Positions 47,815-56,887 of a DNA stretch of 64,000 bases are shown in pieces (position 1 is the stretch's first letter; every line of letters starts with the position of its first letter). The translations under genes and the position numbers were made by a program. The notes under the pieces are model-generated. The model did no database searches. It saw only the letters and a program-made list of their open reading frames with translations, and had not been told where the DNA came from. The DNA is from an uncultured Spirochaetota bacterium (GTDB lineage Bacteria; Spirochaetota; Brevinematia; Brevinematales; JAOACQ01), in contig CAVYGN010000002.1 in NCBI GenBank assembly GCA_963768055.1, positions 224,001 through 288,000 of the forward strand, written 5' to 3'.

Positions 47815-48705
47815 TTACACTATCTCCGCTATCACTTTGAAAAGTTTTTTATATTTTTCATGCGTTTTCTCAATAATATCAGCCGGAAGCTGAGGGGGCG
47901 GGGGTTTTCTGTCCCACCCGATGGAGTTAAGATAGTCCCTTACAAACTGCTTGTCGTAACTTTTGGGGCTTGAACCGGTTTTATAACTTGAGCTGTCCCA
48001 ATAACGCGACGAATCCGGGGTCAGCACCTCGTCGACCAATATGATATTTCCTATTTCGTCCAGACCGAATTCAAATTTCGTATCCGCAAGGATTATACCC
48101 TCTTTTTCCATAATTGAATGAGCCTCTGTATATATTCTGATCGAATATTCTACGATCCGGTCTGCAACTTTTTTATCTACGGCCGAGCACATTTCACTGT
48201 ATGTGATGTTACGGTCATGCCCTTCCGACTCCTTGGTAGAGGGTGTAAAAATTGGATCGGTCAGTTTCTCCGCGAGTTCTATACCCTTTTTCAGCGTTAT
48301 CCCGCCGGCAGTCCCGTTTTTTTTATACTCTTCGTAAACACTCCCGAAAAGATAGCCCCGCACTACACATTCTATAGGAAGACGGTTTACTCTTTTAACA
48401 AGCACCGAACGAAGAGAAAGCCCTTCGTAATTGTCAAGAAAAGCCAATTCCCCGGCCGGTTCGGTCGATAGAATGTGGTTCGGAATGAATTTCATCCTGT
48501 TAAACCATTTGTTGGATATTGCATTCAGGATCAGGCCCTTTTGCGGAACGCCTTCATCGAAAACCACGTCAAACGCCGAAATCCTGTCCGTAGTAACAAT
48601 CAGCCATTTGTCCCGCGTAACCTCGTATATATCGCGGACCTTGCCGCTGAACAGTTTTTTAAGCTCTTTGATGCGGGTCTGCGTGACGGCTTTTTCCATC
48701 AGCAT
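47815..48705 (-). CDS. purC: SAICAR synthetase
   Basis: GKVRDIY, TDRISAFD, ECVVRGY..GS, FTPSTK, ADTKFEFG, DEVLTPDSSRYW, DKQFVRD. Confidence 0.97.
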   Translation of the reverse strand: MLMEKAVTQTRIKELKKLFSGKVRDIYEVTRDKWLIVTTDRISAFDVVFDEGVPQKGLILNAISNKWFNRMKFIPNHILSTEPAGELAFLDNYEGLSLRSVLVKRVNRLPIECVVRGYLFGSVYEEYKKNGTAGGITLKKGIELAEKLTDPIFTPSTKESEGHDRNITYSEMCSAVDKKVADRIVEYSIRIYTEAHSIMEKEGIILADTKFEFGLDEIGNIILVDEVLTPDSSRYWDSSSYKTGSSPKSYDKQFVRDYLNSIGWDRKPPPPQLPADIIEKTHEKYKKLFKVIAEIV

Positions 48706-48760
48706 TTACTCCTAATAATAAGAATCGCCCTGCTTTCGCAAGGCGATCTTTATAAACAAA

Positions 48761-49861
48761 TTAATCTTCGCCCCTTCCGGAAATCCCTTTCGTATTCGAA
48801 TCTATCTTTTTGACAGGTTCCTTCGGCCTCAGGCTCCTGACAGCCGCGCCTGCCCGCCACATCTCGGAATTCTTTATTGTCATAAGTTCTTCATTTAATT
48901 TTTTCTGATAATCGGGCTTGCTACATTCTTTGATCACCCTTGCTGTCTCGACGCCGGCTTTTACGCTCTTGTAAAGATTCTTGAACGTAGGCAGAACTGC
49001 AGCCTTAAAACGGGGTTTCCAATCGAGCGCGCCCCTCTGGGCTGTAGCGGAACAGTTGGAGTACATCCAGTCCATTCCATTCTCGTCGACCAGGCGGATA
49101 AGGCTCTGGGTCAGTTCCTCGACGGTCTCATTGAATGCTTCACTGGGTGTATGGCCGTTTTCTCTTAACACCTGGTATTGCGCTTCCATTATTCCTGCAA
49201 GAGCGCCCATTAATACTCCCCGCTCGCCCGTCAGGTCGCTGAAAACTTCCTGCTCGAAGGTGGTTGGGAAAAGGTAGCCGGAACCGATTGCAATACCGAC
49301 AGCTATGCACCTCTCGTTAGCTTTTTTAGTATAATCCTGGGCTACGGCGTAACTTGAATTAATTCCTGCTCCTGAAAGGAAATTCCTTCGCACCGAAGTG
49401 CCGGAACCCTTGGGCGCTACCATAATGACATCGACGTCTGCAGGCGGTATGACATCGGTCTGATTTTTATAAACGATTGAGAATCCATGTGAAAAATAAA
49501 TGGCATTACCAGGCTTAAGATGCTTTTTAACCATGGGCCATATCTGCCTCTGCGCCGCATCGCTTACAAGCATCATAACGATAGTACCCTTTTCAGCCGC
49601 TTCATCAAGTTCGAAGAGGTCCTTTCCCGGCACCCAGCCGTCCTTCACGGCCCTGTCCCAGTCCCTGGCGAACTGCTTGGACTGCCCTACTATAACGTTA
49701 AGCCCGTTGTCCTTCATATTTAAACCCTGCGCGGGGCCCTGAACCCCGTAACCTAAAATAGCAATAACCTCGTCTTTTAACACTTCTCTCGCTCTTGACA
49801 AGGGAAATTCGTCACGTGTAACAACGTCTTCCATTGTTCCGCCAAAATCGATCCGGGCCAT
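48761..49861 (-). CDS. ilvC: ketol-acid reductoisomerase
   Basis: GYGVQG..Q, FSHGF, MVAPKG.G..VR, SDLTGERG.L.G, SEAFNETVEE; ATG 49861 after GGAGGG. Confidence 0.95.
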   Translation of the reverse strand: MARIDFGGTMEDVVTRDEFPLSRAREVLKDEVIAILGYGVQGPAQGLNMKDNGLNVIVGQSKQFARDWDRAVKDGWVPGKDLFELDEAAEKGTIVMMLVSDAAQRQIWPMVKKHLKPGNAIYFSHGFSIVYKNQTDVIPPADVDVIMVAPKGSGTSVRRNFLSGAGINSSYAVAQDYTKKANERCIAVGIAIGSGYLFPTTFEQEVFSDLTGERGVLMGALAGIMEAQYQVLRENGHTPSEAFNETVEELTQSLIRLVDENGMDWMYSNCSATAQRGALDWKPRFKAAVLPTFKNLYKSVKAGVETARVIKECSKPDYQKKLNEELMTIKNSEMWRAGAAVRSLRPKEPVKKIDSNTKGISGRGED

Positions 49862-49908
49862 AATACCCTCCTTTTTTATTATTTCAATTGCCTGCAATGT
49901 TGGGGTTT

Positions 49909-49937
49909 ATTATATTACCGGCAGACATAAAAATCAA
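49909..49937 (-). promoter_or_regulatory. sigma70 promoter of ilvC
   Basis: TTGATT-17 nt-TATAAT on the minus strand. Confidence 0.65.
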
Positions 49938-50360
49938 TTTTTCCGAGGACTCGTGAAGTCGAAAAGGGCCGAATCAATCAATATGATAATCTCTTTATGA
50001 AGTAAATTTTTCCCGCGCAGGATTCGATAGCGCTTGTGCTGAAAGCATGAGCCGCTAAGGCTCAAAACAACTACAAGCGCTGACGGGGGCCGTTCAAACA
50101 ACAATTTTCTGGATGAAGTCAATTTTTATCTCGCATTTATAAAGAAAATGTAGAACTGCCATCGAAAAAAGGCGAAAGCAAGCACTTATCCAAGCAGCTC
50201 ATAGTATTATATCTACTCAATATATGAATATAAAAATTTCTTTATTAAAAAAGTATTCCATCCGTGCTTGCAGCCTTTTTGAGATGATGCAGTTCAAATT
50301 TTCGAATACCGCGAAATAAAAATTGACTCCATGCAAAGCCGGATGTTGTTTGAACTGCCC
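49934..50360. repeat. Composite hairpin repeat, copy B: partial module X (49934-50081) plus complete TIR-bounded module Y (50085-50360)
   Basis: GGGCCGTTCAAACAAC...ATGAAGTCAATTTTTATCTCGC pairs with GCGAAATAAAAATTGACTCCAT...GTTGTTTGAACTGCCC; homologous to 1114-1734. Confidence 0.8.
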
Positions 50361-51589
50361 TAAAAACTGATGATCTCCTCGAATAGTTTTATCGCGAATG
50401 TATCCGTCATACTGGCTATAAAATCAACTACCGCTCTTTTGTAATGCAAGAGATCCTCTAAATCATATATTCTTTTAATCTCTTCATATTTTTTTTCTTT
50501 TTCCTTGTAGAAATTCGAGTATTTAACCAGCCACTTCCTGAAATATTTTATTAACTGTTCATAATTTTTTTCAAGCCGGCTTAAAAATTGTCTTAATTTA
50601 TTTATATCGTAGGCAAAATCCATTTTTGTAAGCAGCTCATAAATCGATTCTATTACAAGAATGGCGTATTTTTTAAAATAATCCAGCCTCCGGTTTTTAT
50701 AGATATTATTAATACTGAAGTCTTTAATATAGGACAGCAGCCTGGCAAATGGTTCGCTGAATCGCAGTCCCTCTCCAGGGCTGCTGTTTTCACACAAATC
50801 CACCATAAAATAATGGATGATATTGGTATTGTTGATTTCTTCAATATTTATACCGGGTATGACTTTCGCAACTTCCTTTGCCAGTTTATTCAGTTCGCTT
50901 TGAGTTATTATATTCAATAATACCGCGTCCTCGATATCCCTTCCGAGAAAAGCTACTTTATCCGCGATTTTAACAATGCACCCCTCCCATGTATAAGGCG
51001 TGGGCTGGTCTTTTTTGCTGATAGATTCCAGTTTTATTACCTCGTCCCTGGGTGTTAAAATTTTATCATCCATTTCTCCGCAGTGGCATATTATCCCGTC
51101 CCTTACGCCGTAGGTTAAATTCAGGTTATTGTATTTTCCGGCAGGGTTTTGTAATATTTCAATATTATCGACGAAATACAGGCTGTTATTTTCATGCCAG
51201 AAATTCAAACCAAGTTCCCTCTGAGTTATGGAATTCAAAATTTCTTCACCTGTATGCCCGAATGGGGTGTGGCCTATATCATGGCCGATGGCTATGGCCG
51301 TCGTAAGCTCCGTATTAAGACCCAGGAAAGACGCGAGTGTGTAGCTGATCGAAGAGACATGGTTTACATGCTCTATTCTCGTGCATACGTGATCGTTTTT
51401 TGTGGCGAAAAATACCTGGGTTTTATGCTTCAATCTCCTGTAAGATTTTGAATGCAGGATCCTGTTGTAATCCCTCTGGAACTTGCTCCTTAACTCATTT
51501 ACTCTGTCATAAATTATAGATTCCCTGTGTACCGCATTGTCATATTTATCCTTGATATTCTCGATCGATAATTCCTGGAATTTTTTCAT
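50360..51589 (-). CDS. dgt: dGTP triphosphohydrolase family HD protein
   Basis: FQRD..RILHSKSYRRLKHKTQVF, TRIEH, GHDIGHTPFGH.GE, ADKVA...DIEDA, DFIASMTD. Confidence 0.88.
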   Translation of the reverse strand: MKKFQELSIENIKDKYDNAVHRESIIYDRVNELRSKFQRDYNRILHSKSYRRLKHKTQVFFATKNDHVCTRIEHVNHVSSISYTLASFLGLNTELTTAIAIGHDIGHTPFGHTGEEILNSITQRELGLNFWHENNSLYFVDNIEILQNPAGKYNNLNLTYGVRDGIICHCGEMDDKILTPRDEVIKLESISKKDQPTPYTWEGCIVKIADKVAFLGRDIEDAVLLNIITQSELNKLAKEVAKVIPGINIEEINNTNIIHYFMVDLCENSSPGEGLRFSEPFARLLSYIKDFSINNIYKNRRLDYFKKYAILVIESIYELLTKMDFAYDINKLRQFLSRLEKNYEQLIKYFRKWLVKYSNFYKEKEKKYEEIKRIYDLEDLLHYKRAVVDFIASMTDTFAIKLFEEIISF

Positions 51590-51676
51590 ATTATCCCCTC
51601 CGGGGCCAGCGCTCCGTAAACCTTTACACTATAAAGGATTGAATACCGGAAGTCAAATATAAAAAAGGAGAAGCGG

Positions 51677-52888
51677 TTAAATATGGCGGAGGGCTTCAAC
51701 CGGAGGAAGTTTTCGAGCATACCATGCCGGTATCGCAGCGGAAATTGCAGAAATAAGGACAGCCATACAAACGGCAATGACCAGCACCTGGAGGTCTGCT
51801 GAAGGATATACGATCATATCGATGGGTGTTTCCCTGTTTTTCAGCCAGCTGCTGAAATTAAGGCCTTTTATCGAAGTGTATAATACTAACAGGTATCCTG
51901 ATAATCCTCCTGCTATTCCTCCTATGCCTCCGATTATTACTCCTTCCAGTGCGAAGTTCATGAAAATCTCGTCGTCTATCATACCGAGGGCCTTCAATGT
52001 GCCGATTTCCTTCATTCTTTCATAAACAGCCATTATCATAGTGTTTACAATAACAAATGAGGCAAGTAAAAGTATCAGCATAAGCATTATATACATTACG
52101 TATAATGCCGACTGCATCACGTTGTAAAGCCCGCCTGTCTGCTGGCCGGGGTCTCTTATAATTAATCCCGAAGGCAATATACTGTTTATTTTACCGCAGA
52201 TCCCCGGCAGGTCTGCTTTTTTATCCGTAAAGACGGTAATCTCGGTTATACCATCCTGCATTTTTAAAAGCCTCCGGGAATTCCGGAGATCTATAAAAAA
52301 AGACCTTTTATCGATCATACTTATGCCGAAACGTACTATCCCCTTCACTTTCATTTTAATGCCGTTCAAACCCCTTTGTGTTGTCGAGGTCACCAGAAGG
52401 AGCTCATCGCCTGTTTTGATGTTGATTTTTGATGCGAATCCCTCGCAGACATAGAGCCCTTCATCCTCCAATTTTCCATTCAGGAGCTTTTTTGACAGAT
52501 CGAACTTCTTACTGCGAAGATCCGTTCCTATTCCCATCGCAGTTTCGGACTTATCCCCTTTTCCTAAAATAATGCCGAAGCGGACTCTTTGTTCAACTGA
52601 AGATACCCCATGTATTTTTAAAATACCCGAGACTATTTCACCCGAATTCGATATATAGTCATACATCGGCAGAAACCGCTCATATTTGGCAAAATCGGCA
52701 GTCGTAACCTTGAAATTTCCCGTCGAATAATTAATATAATTTCTTAGAATACTGTCAAAAATACCGTTGAAAAACCCGATGCCGAAGGTTACGATAATCG
52801 AAGCGGTGAAGATCGAACTCGCCGTTAAAAGGGACCTCTTTTTATTTCTTAAAACGTTTCTTAAAGCAAATTTTATTATATTTATCAT
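51677..52888 (-). CDS. ABC transporter permease (FtsX/LolE/MacB-like)
   Basis: A.RNVLRNKKRS.LT, periplasmic domain, NTM.MAVYER.KEIGTLKALG, P.EALR. Confidence 0.9.
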   Translation of the reverse strand: MINIIKFALRNVLRNKKRSLLTASSIFTASIIVTFGIGFFNGIFDSILRNYINYSTGNFKVTTADFAKYERFLPMYDYISNSGEIVSGILKIHGVSSVEQRVRFGIILGKGDKSETAMGIGTDLRSKKFDLSKKLLNGKLEDEGLYVCEGFASKINIKTGDELLLVTSTTQRGLNGIKMKVKGIVRFGISMIDKRSFFIDLRNSRRLLKMQDGITEITVFTDKKADLPGICGKINSILPSGLIIRDPGQQTGGLYNVMQSALYVMYIMLMLILLLASFVIVNTMIMAVYERMKEIGTLKALGMIDDEIFMNFALEGVIIGGIGGIAGGLSGYLLVLYTSIKGLNFSSWLKNRETPIDMIVYPSADLQVLVIAVCMAVLISAISAAIPAWYARKLPPVEALRHI

Positions 52889-52896
52889 AAAATACC

Positions 52897-54117
52897 CTAT
52901 TGATTAGCCTTGAGGCAATCGACTATTTTTTGGCCGATCGTTTTTTTCGCAGGATAATAACTGGCGGCAGCGCTGAAAATAATACCGATAATAAAAGCCC
53001 CCGTAACGGAGCCGATTTCTAATTTAGATTTTACAACCCCCATTACATTAAATCCGCTCACATTAGAGGCTTTAAAAATTGATGTGATATTTACACCTAT
53101 GATCATTGGATAAAGGCTCGCTAAAACGCCTGTTATCACCCCTATAGCGCTTCCAAGCAAGCCGATCATAAATCCTTCAAGGACAAAAAGAGTCTGAACA
53201 TCCCGGTCGGTCATACCAAGGGCTTTTAATGTGCCGATTTCTCTCTGTTTCTGGTAAACCGATATAAGCATTGTATTGATTATACCGACAAGCCCGATAA
53301 TCGCGATAAAGATAAGGAAAATCATGAAAATCTTTTCCCTGCTCTCTGTATTGACAACCGTATCCTCGCCAAGAGTTACCCAGTCATATACTTTATATAC
53401 GGGTAAAGATTTTTTCAGATCCGGTTCAAAACCTTCATATTTTTTATAGTTGGCGGTCTTGATGTCGATTTCCGAGACACTGTCGGCGTTCAAAAATTTC
53501 AACGCTTCATCCAGGTTTATAAATACTGTCGAATTATTTACCTGAGGATCAGGAGAATCTATCAATCCCGTAATTTCAAAGTCTATGGAATCCATCATAT
53601 TCTGGCTGTTATGAAAAGTAATATAAACCGTATCTCCAATGCCGGCGCCCATGTCGCTGGCCAGTATATTGCCCAGGACAACCCCGCCGGGTTTAAGCTT
53701 CCCGGAATAAATAAAGTTCGTTAAGTTAAAGACATAATTATCTGCCGAAGGATCGATGCCTACAACCAGTATCGGGGAAGATACTCTGCCGTTATCCAGG
53801 TCGGCTGTAAATTTGACCCTCTCCGTAAAAGCCTTTATATAGGGTTTTGTTTTTAGAATAACCTCGATTGAACGATAATCGGTTATAAAATTACTCATAT
53901 CATAAGGGCTGTCCTCATCGAACCCGGAGCTCCTGACCTTGAAATCGCCGGATTCTAATCCTATCTGGTTTTCAAAGGCCTGAACGCTGAGCCCTTTTAT
54001 AAAACCCATCATAAAAATATAGAGGGCGATTCCAAATACCAGTATAGAAACGGTTAAAATCGTTCTTCTTTTATATCGTAAAATATTCTTAACGGCAAGG
54101 GATAAAATAAATTTCAT
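52897..54117 (-). CDS. ABC transporter permease (FtsX/LolE/MacB-like)
   Basis: LAVKNILRYKRRT.LT, NTMLISVY....EIGTLKALG. Confidence 0.9.
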   Translation of the reverse strand: MKFILSLAVKNILRYKRRTILTVSILVFGIALYIFMMGFIKGLSVQAFENQIGLESGDFKVRSSGFDEDSPYDMSNFITDYRSIEVILKTKPYIKAFTERVKFTADLDNGRVSSPILVVGIDPSADNYVFNLTNFIYSGKLKPGGVVLGNILASDMGAGIGDTVYITFHNSQNMMDSIDFEITGLIDSPDPQVNNSTVFINLDEALKFLNADSVSEIDIKTANYKKYEGFEPDLKKSLPVYKVYDWVTLGEDTVVNTESREKIFMIFLIFIAIIGLVGIINTMLISVYQKQREIGTLKALGMTDRDVQTLFVLEGFMIGLLGSAIGVITGVLASLYPMIIGVNITSIFKASNVSGFNVMGVVKSKLEIGSVTGAFIIGIIFSAAASYYPAKKTIGQKIVDCLKANQ

Positions 54118-54134
54118 ATCAAACCTTTACACGG

Positions 54135-54458
54135 CTAATTTCTATTTTTATAAGAATCGATCAATTTTTCCATGGTGCTGAAATATGCATCAAGCGCCTT
54201 TATGCCTTTTTCATTAATTGTTAACGTCGTCAGGGGCTTATTATTTTTAAAAGTCTTTTCAATTGCAATATATTCCCCCGCCTCTAAAATCTTGAGGTGT
54301 GTTGAAAGATTACCGGAACTGAAATTCAGGAACTCTTTTAAATCCGTAAAGCTCATATTTTTTTGAGGAGAGCCTGCCAGCTTCATCAATATTAATAGCC
54401 TGGACCGCTCGTTTAAAACTTTATCATCGAAAATATTATTATCTATTTCCGGCGCCAT
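54135..54458 (-). CDS. winged-helix transcriptional regulator
   Basis: RL.I...L, F..LK......GNLSTHL..LE...YI...K.F...KP.T. Confidence 0.88.
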   Translation of the reverse strand: MAPEIDNNIFDDKVLNERSRLLILMKLAGSPQKNMSFTDLKEFLNFSSGNLSTHLKILEAGEYIAIEKTFKNNKPLTTLTINEKGIKALDAYFSTMEKLIDSYKNRN

Positions 54459-54459
54459 A

Positions 54460-55143
54460 TCAACTCTCTTTATTTTTAATCAAACCGAACTTTATTTCAT
54501 CAATTATGCCTAAAGTCAGAACGGCCAGGCCGAACGAGGCCCCTTCCCATATCAGGGCGTCCAGGGGTGATTTAAGAATGTATGGAACCGACAACGCTCC
54601 GGGAATTATCATTAAGAGTCCGCAAATAATAAATTCAAAGAGAGAATAAAAATTCCCAATGGTCGTAAAACCAATGCCCGCGCCGACAGTAAATACTACA
54701 AAAATAAATTGATACTGGCCGGTTATATAAAAATAAGAGGCAAAATATAATATTAATACGCCAATTACAATTAACGATTTCAGCATCGGTTTCCCTACAA
54801 TGTTTAAAACAATATTCAGTATGGTTTTAGCGGAATCGAATTTTCTTTCACGCCTCAGCAGCAGTATTTTATAAAATCCTATAACAGCTATTGCAAAAAT
54901 CCCTGAAATAATGAGAATTTCTCTGATCCCTGCAGGAATCTTATAAAAATCACCGTAATTTTTTATAAAAAAATAAAATAGTAAGGAAAATAAAATTATC
55001 AATACTCCGCCTGCAAAAATAATGACGCGGTATGATGTCAGATAAAGATATTCCCGTATATTTTCACGGTCCTGCTCCAGCATGGAGCGCAGGTATTTGA
55101 TGTCCGAACTTAACTTAAGTATTTCTTCAGGGATTTGTTTCAT
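54460..55143 (-). CDS. hypothetical multi-pass membrane protein
   Basis: ~6 TM helices; ATG 55143 after AAGGAG; first gene of the regulator-permease operon. Confidence 0.75.
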   Translation of the reverse strand: MKQIPEEILKLSSDIKYLRSMLEQDRENIREYLYLTSYRVIIFAGGVLIILFSLLFYFFIKNYGDFYKIPAGIREILIISGIFAIAVIGFYKILLLRRERKFDSAKTILNIVLNIVGKPMLKSLIVIGVLILYFASYFYITGQYQFIFVVFTVGAGIGFTTIGNFYSLFEFIICGLLMIIPGALSVPYILKSPLDALIWEGASFGLAVLTLGIIDEIKFGLIKNKES

Positions 55144-55165
55144 AAACAACTCCTTTCATACAAAT

Positions 55166-55217
55166 TAGTTTGTATAACAAACTAGTTTATTATAAGAACT
55201 ATTTTTATAAAAGTCAA
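55166..55217 (-). promoter_or_regulatory. promoter plus operator palindrome of the membrane/wHTH/ABC operon
   Basis: TTGACT-17-TATAAT (55217-55189) followed by TAGTTTGT-N3-ACAAACTA (55166-55184). Confidence 0.72.
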
Positions 55218-55237
55218 GTGTTTTTTAAGGATCAGGA

Positions 55238-55735
55238 CTAATTATTTGTCAGCAGCCACAAATTGGTATGAAAATATTTATTGTACGCCTCTATCCAGTT
55301 TGTCGAAATTTCCATCTGCGCCTGCCGCAGAGTAATCTTATTTCCAATCACCAATTTATGCAGGCGGTTTTCAAGCCTGTCTTTCGTATGCGCGTTTATT
55401 TTCCCGAAATAAGCCTCAGGCCACAAATTGGTTATGGAATTATCCCCTCCCAATTCAAGGCTGATAAGGTGGTCGATTTCGAACGATCCCCGGGGATAAT
55501 CTCCGGGGTTAATGCCGTAAATTTTAAAAATGAGTTTTTTCTCTTCTTCGGATACATGCCTGATCTTCCTGGTCGTCCATCCCGGGGCCTTCATTACTTC
55601 CACTGTAATATAGGGATCTATCCCTCCAGGGGTTAATTTCGGATCCGGAATAATAGGGACTTTATCGGTTAAAGCTAAAATTAAGGTAAAGCAGGCAAAT
55701 AAAATCAGACCTGCTGATAGAATCTTTTTTATCAT
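55238..55735 (-). CDS. exported HNH-like nuclease domain protein
   Basis: Signal peptide, PDPKLTPG, EIDHLISLELGG....NLWPE......KDRLEN.LH. Confidence 0.7.
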   Translation of the reverse strand: MIKKILSAGLILFACFTLILALTDKVPIIPDPKLTPGGIDPYITVEVMKAPGWTTRKIRHVSEEEKKLIFKIYGINPGDYPRGSFEIDHLISLELGGDNSITNLWPEAYFGKINAHTKDRLENRLHKLVIGNKITLRQAQMEISTNWIEAYNKYFHTNLWLLTNN

Positions 55736-55811
55736 TTTAATATTCTCCAATTTTTTTATTTTTTAATTATTCAGAAATATTGTATGAAATTTTTATTCGC
55801 TCGACTGATGG

Positions 55812-56165
55812 TCAACCCTGCATCAATATCCTTCCCCAATCCGGACTGATCTCCAGGGATAAAACGCCGGCCCCGGAATCGAAAGCTTTTCCCGGATCCA
55901 GCAGATCCTTCCAGCGGGAAGGCCAGCCTCGCGGTAAAATTACAGACACTCTATCTGTTTTATCGGATGCGTTAACGCAGACGATAACCTAATCCCGAAA
56001 GAGCCCGCATAAAACCCATATCGAGCGAATCTGCGGCATCCAGCCTCAACCCGTCGATCCCGAATTCGTTTTTCCAGAAACGGACGCTCTCGAACAGATA
56101 ATTCCGTACTTCCGGATTATCAGGAATGAATTTTACCAGGCTGTAGTGTCCGTTCCAGCCTCCTA
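55812..56165 (-). pseudogene. internally deleted GH13 (cyclomaltodextrinase/alpha-amylase) gene remnant
   Basis: GWNGHYSLVK....NPEVRNYLFESVRFWKNEFGIDGLRLDAAD (GH13 region II with catalytic Asp), joined out of frame to a C-terminal fragment VIVCVNASD...WGRILMQG*. Confidence 0.8.
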
Positions 56166-56218
56166 TTTCTTTCTATACGTACCGGTGGGTATATAGATAT
56201 AACAAAAAAAAGTTTATT

Positions 56219-56785
56219 TCAGGTGTAAATCCCGTACTGCACGGTCCTCAAACTCTGCCGGATAATGTCGTCAGTCAACTCGATAAATCCGTTAAGCCAC
56301 AGCCCGATACATGTGTTGATTGCCCCGATTATGATCGCTGTAATAATTTTTTCCCTTCCCCGCATATTACCATATTTCGGGACGGCTTTATTGATCACTT
56401 CCTCGAGAATACCGAATACCTGTTTATCAAGTTCCGTAAAGGCCTTGTTGGGTTCGCTATCTCTTGGTGAGAAGTACATGGAAAGCTTCATCCGGTTGAA
56501 AACAGCATTTTCTTTCGCGAACCTGAAAAGAGCAAAAGCCATGTTTTCCAGAGAAAGCGGAAGATTCCCTGAATATCCGGACGCGTCGGAAATTTCTTTA
56601 GTCATTACATCCCCGTATTTCCTGACTATTGCGTCGAGAAGCCCTCGTTTACTTCCGAAATAATGATATAAGGTCGGTTTTGTCACTTTCGCCTCGTCGC
56701 AGATCTCCTGTACCCCGACAGCTTCATAACCCCTGTCGGCAAAAAGAGAAAGGCTTTTCAGGATCAGTATCTCGCGGTTATCCAT
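56219..56785 (-). CDS. TetR/AcrR family regulator
   Basis: LFADRGYEAVGVQEICDEAKVTKPTLYHYFGSKRGL; ATG 56785 after GAGG. Confidence 0.92.
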   Translation of the reverse strand: MDNREILILKSLSLFADRGYEAVGVQEICDEAKVTKPTLYHYFGSKRGLLDAIVRKYGDVMTKEISDASGYSGNLPLSLENMAFALFRFAKENAVFNRMKLSMYFSPRDSEPNKAFTELDKQVFGILEEVINKAVPKYGNMRGREKIITAIIIGAINTCIGLWLNGFIELTDDIIRQSLRTVQYGIYT

Positions 56786-56803
56786 AATTTTTCCTCTGCA
56801 TGT

Positions 56804-56823
56804 ATTATACCGATCGGTATAAT
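56804..56823. promoter_or_regulatory. TetR operator
   Basis: Perfect 20-bp palindrome ATTATACCGATCGGTATAAT between the divergent tetR and oxidoreductase genes. Confidence 0.8.
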
Positions 56824-56887
56824 GAAAGTCAAGTATTTTTGACAAAAATCCTGGCGTTAAATAAACTAAAAAAATGGAGGATATTTC

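Noticed and set aside
49862..50081. Repeat module X as a riboswitch or attenuator for ilvC and the malic enzyme
   Set aside because: The best ilvC promoter lies between the repeat and the gene, wobble pairs favour the opposite strand, and no Ile/Leu/Val-rich leader peptide was found.
50360..51589. dGTPase as an anti-phage defence gene
   Set aside because: Looks like the ordinary short Dgt-like family with no defence-island neighbours.
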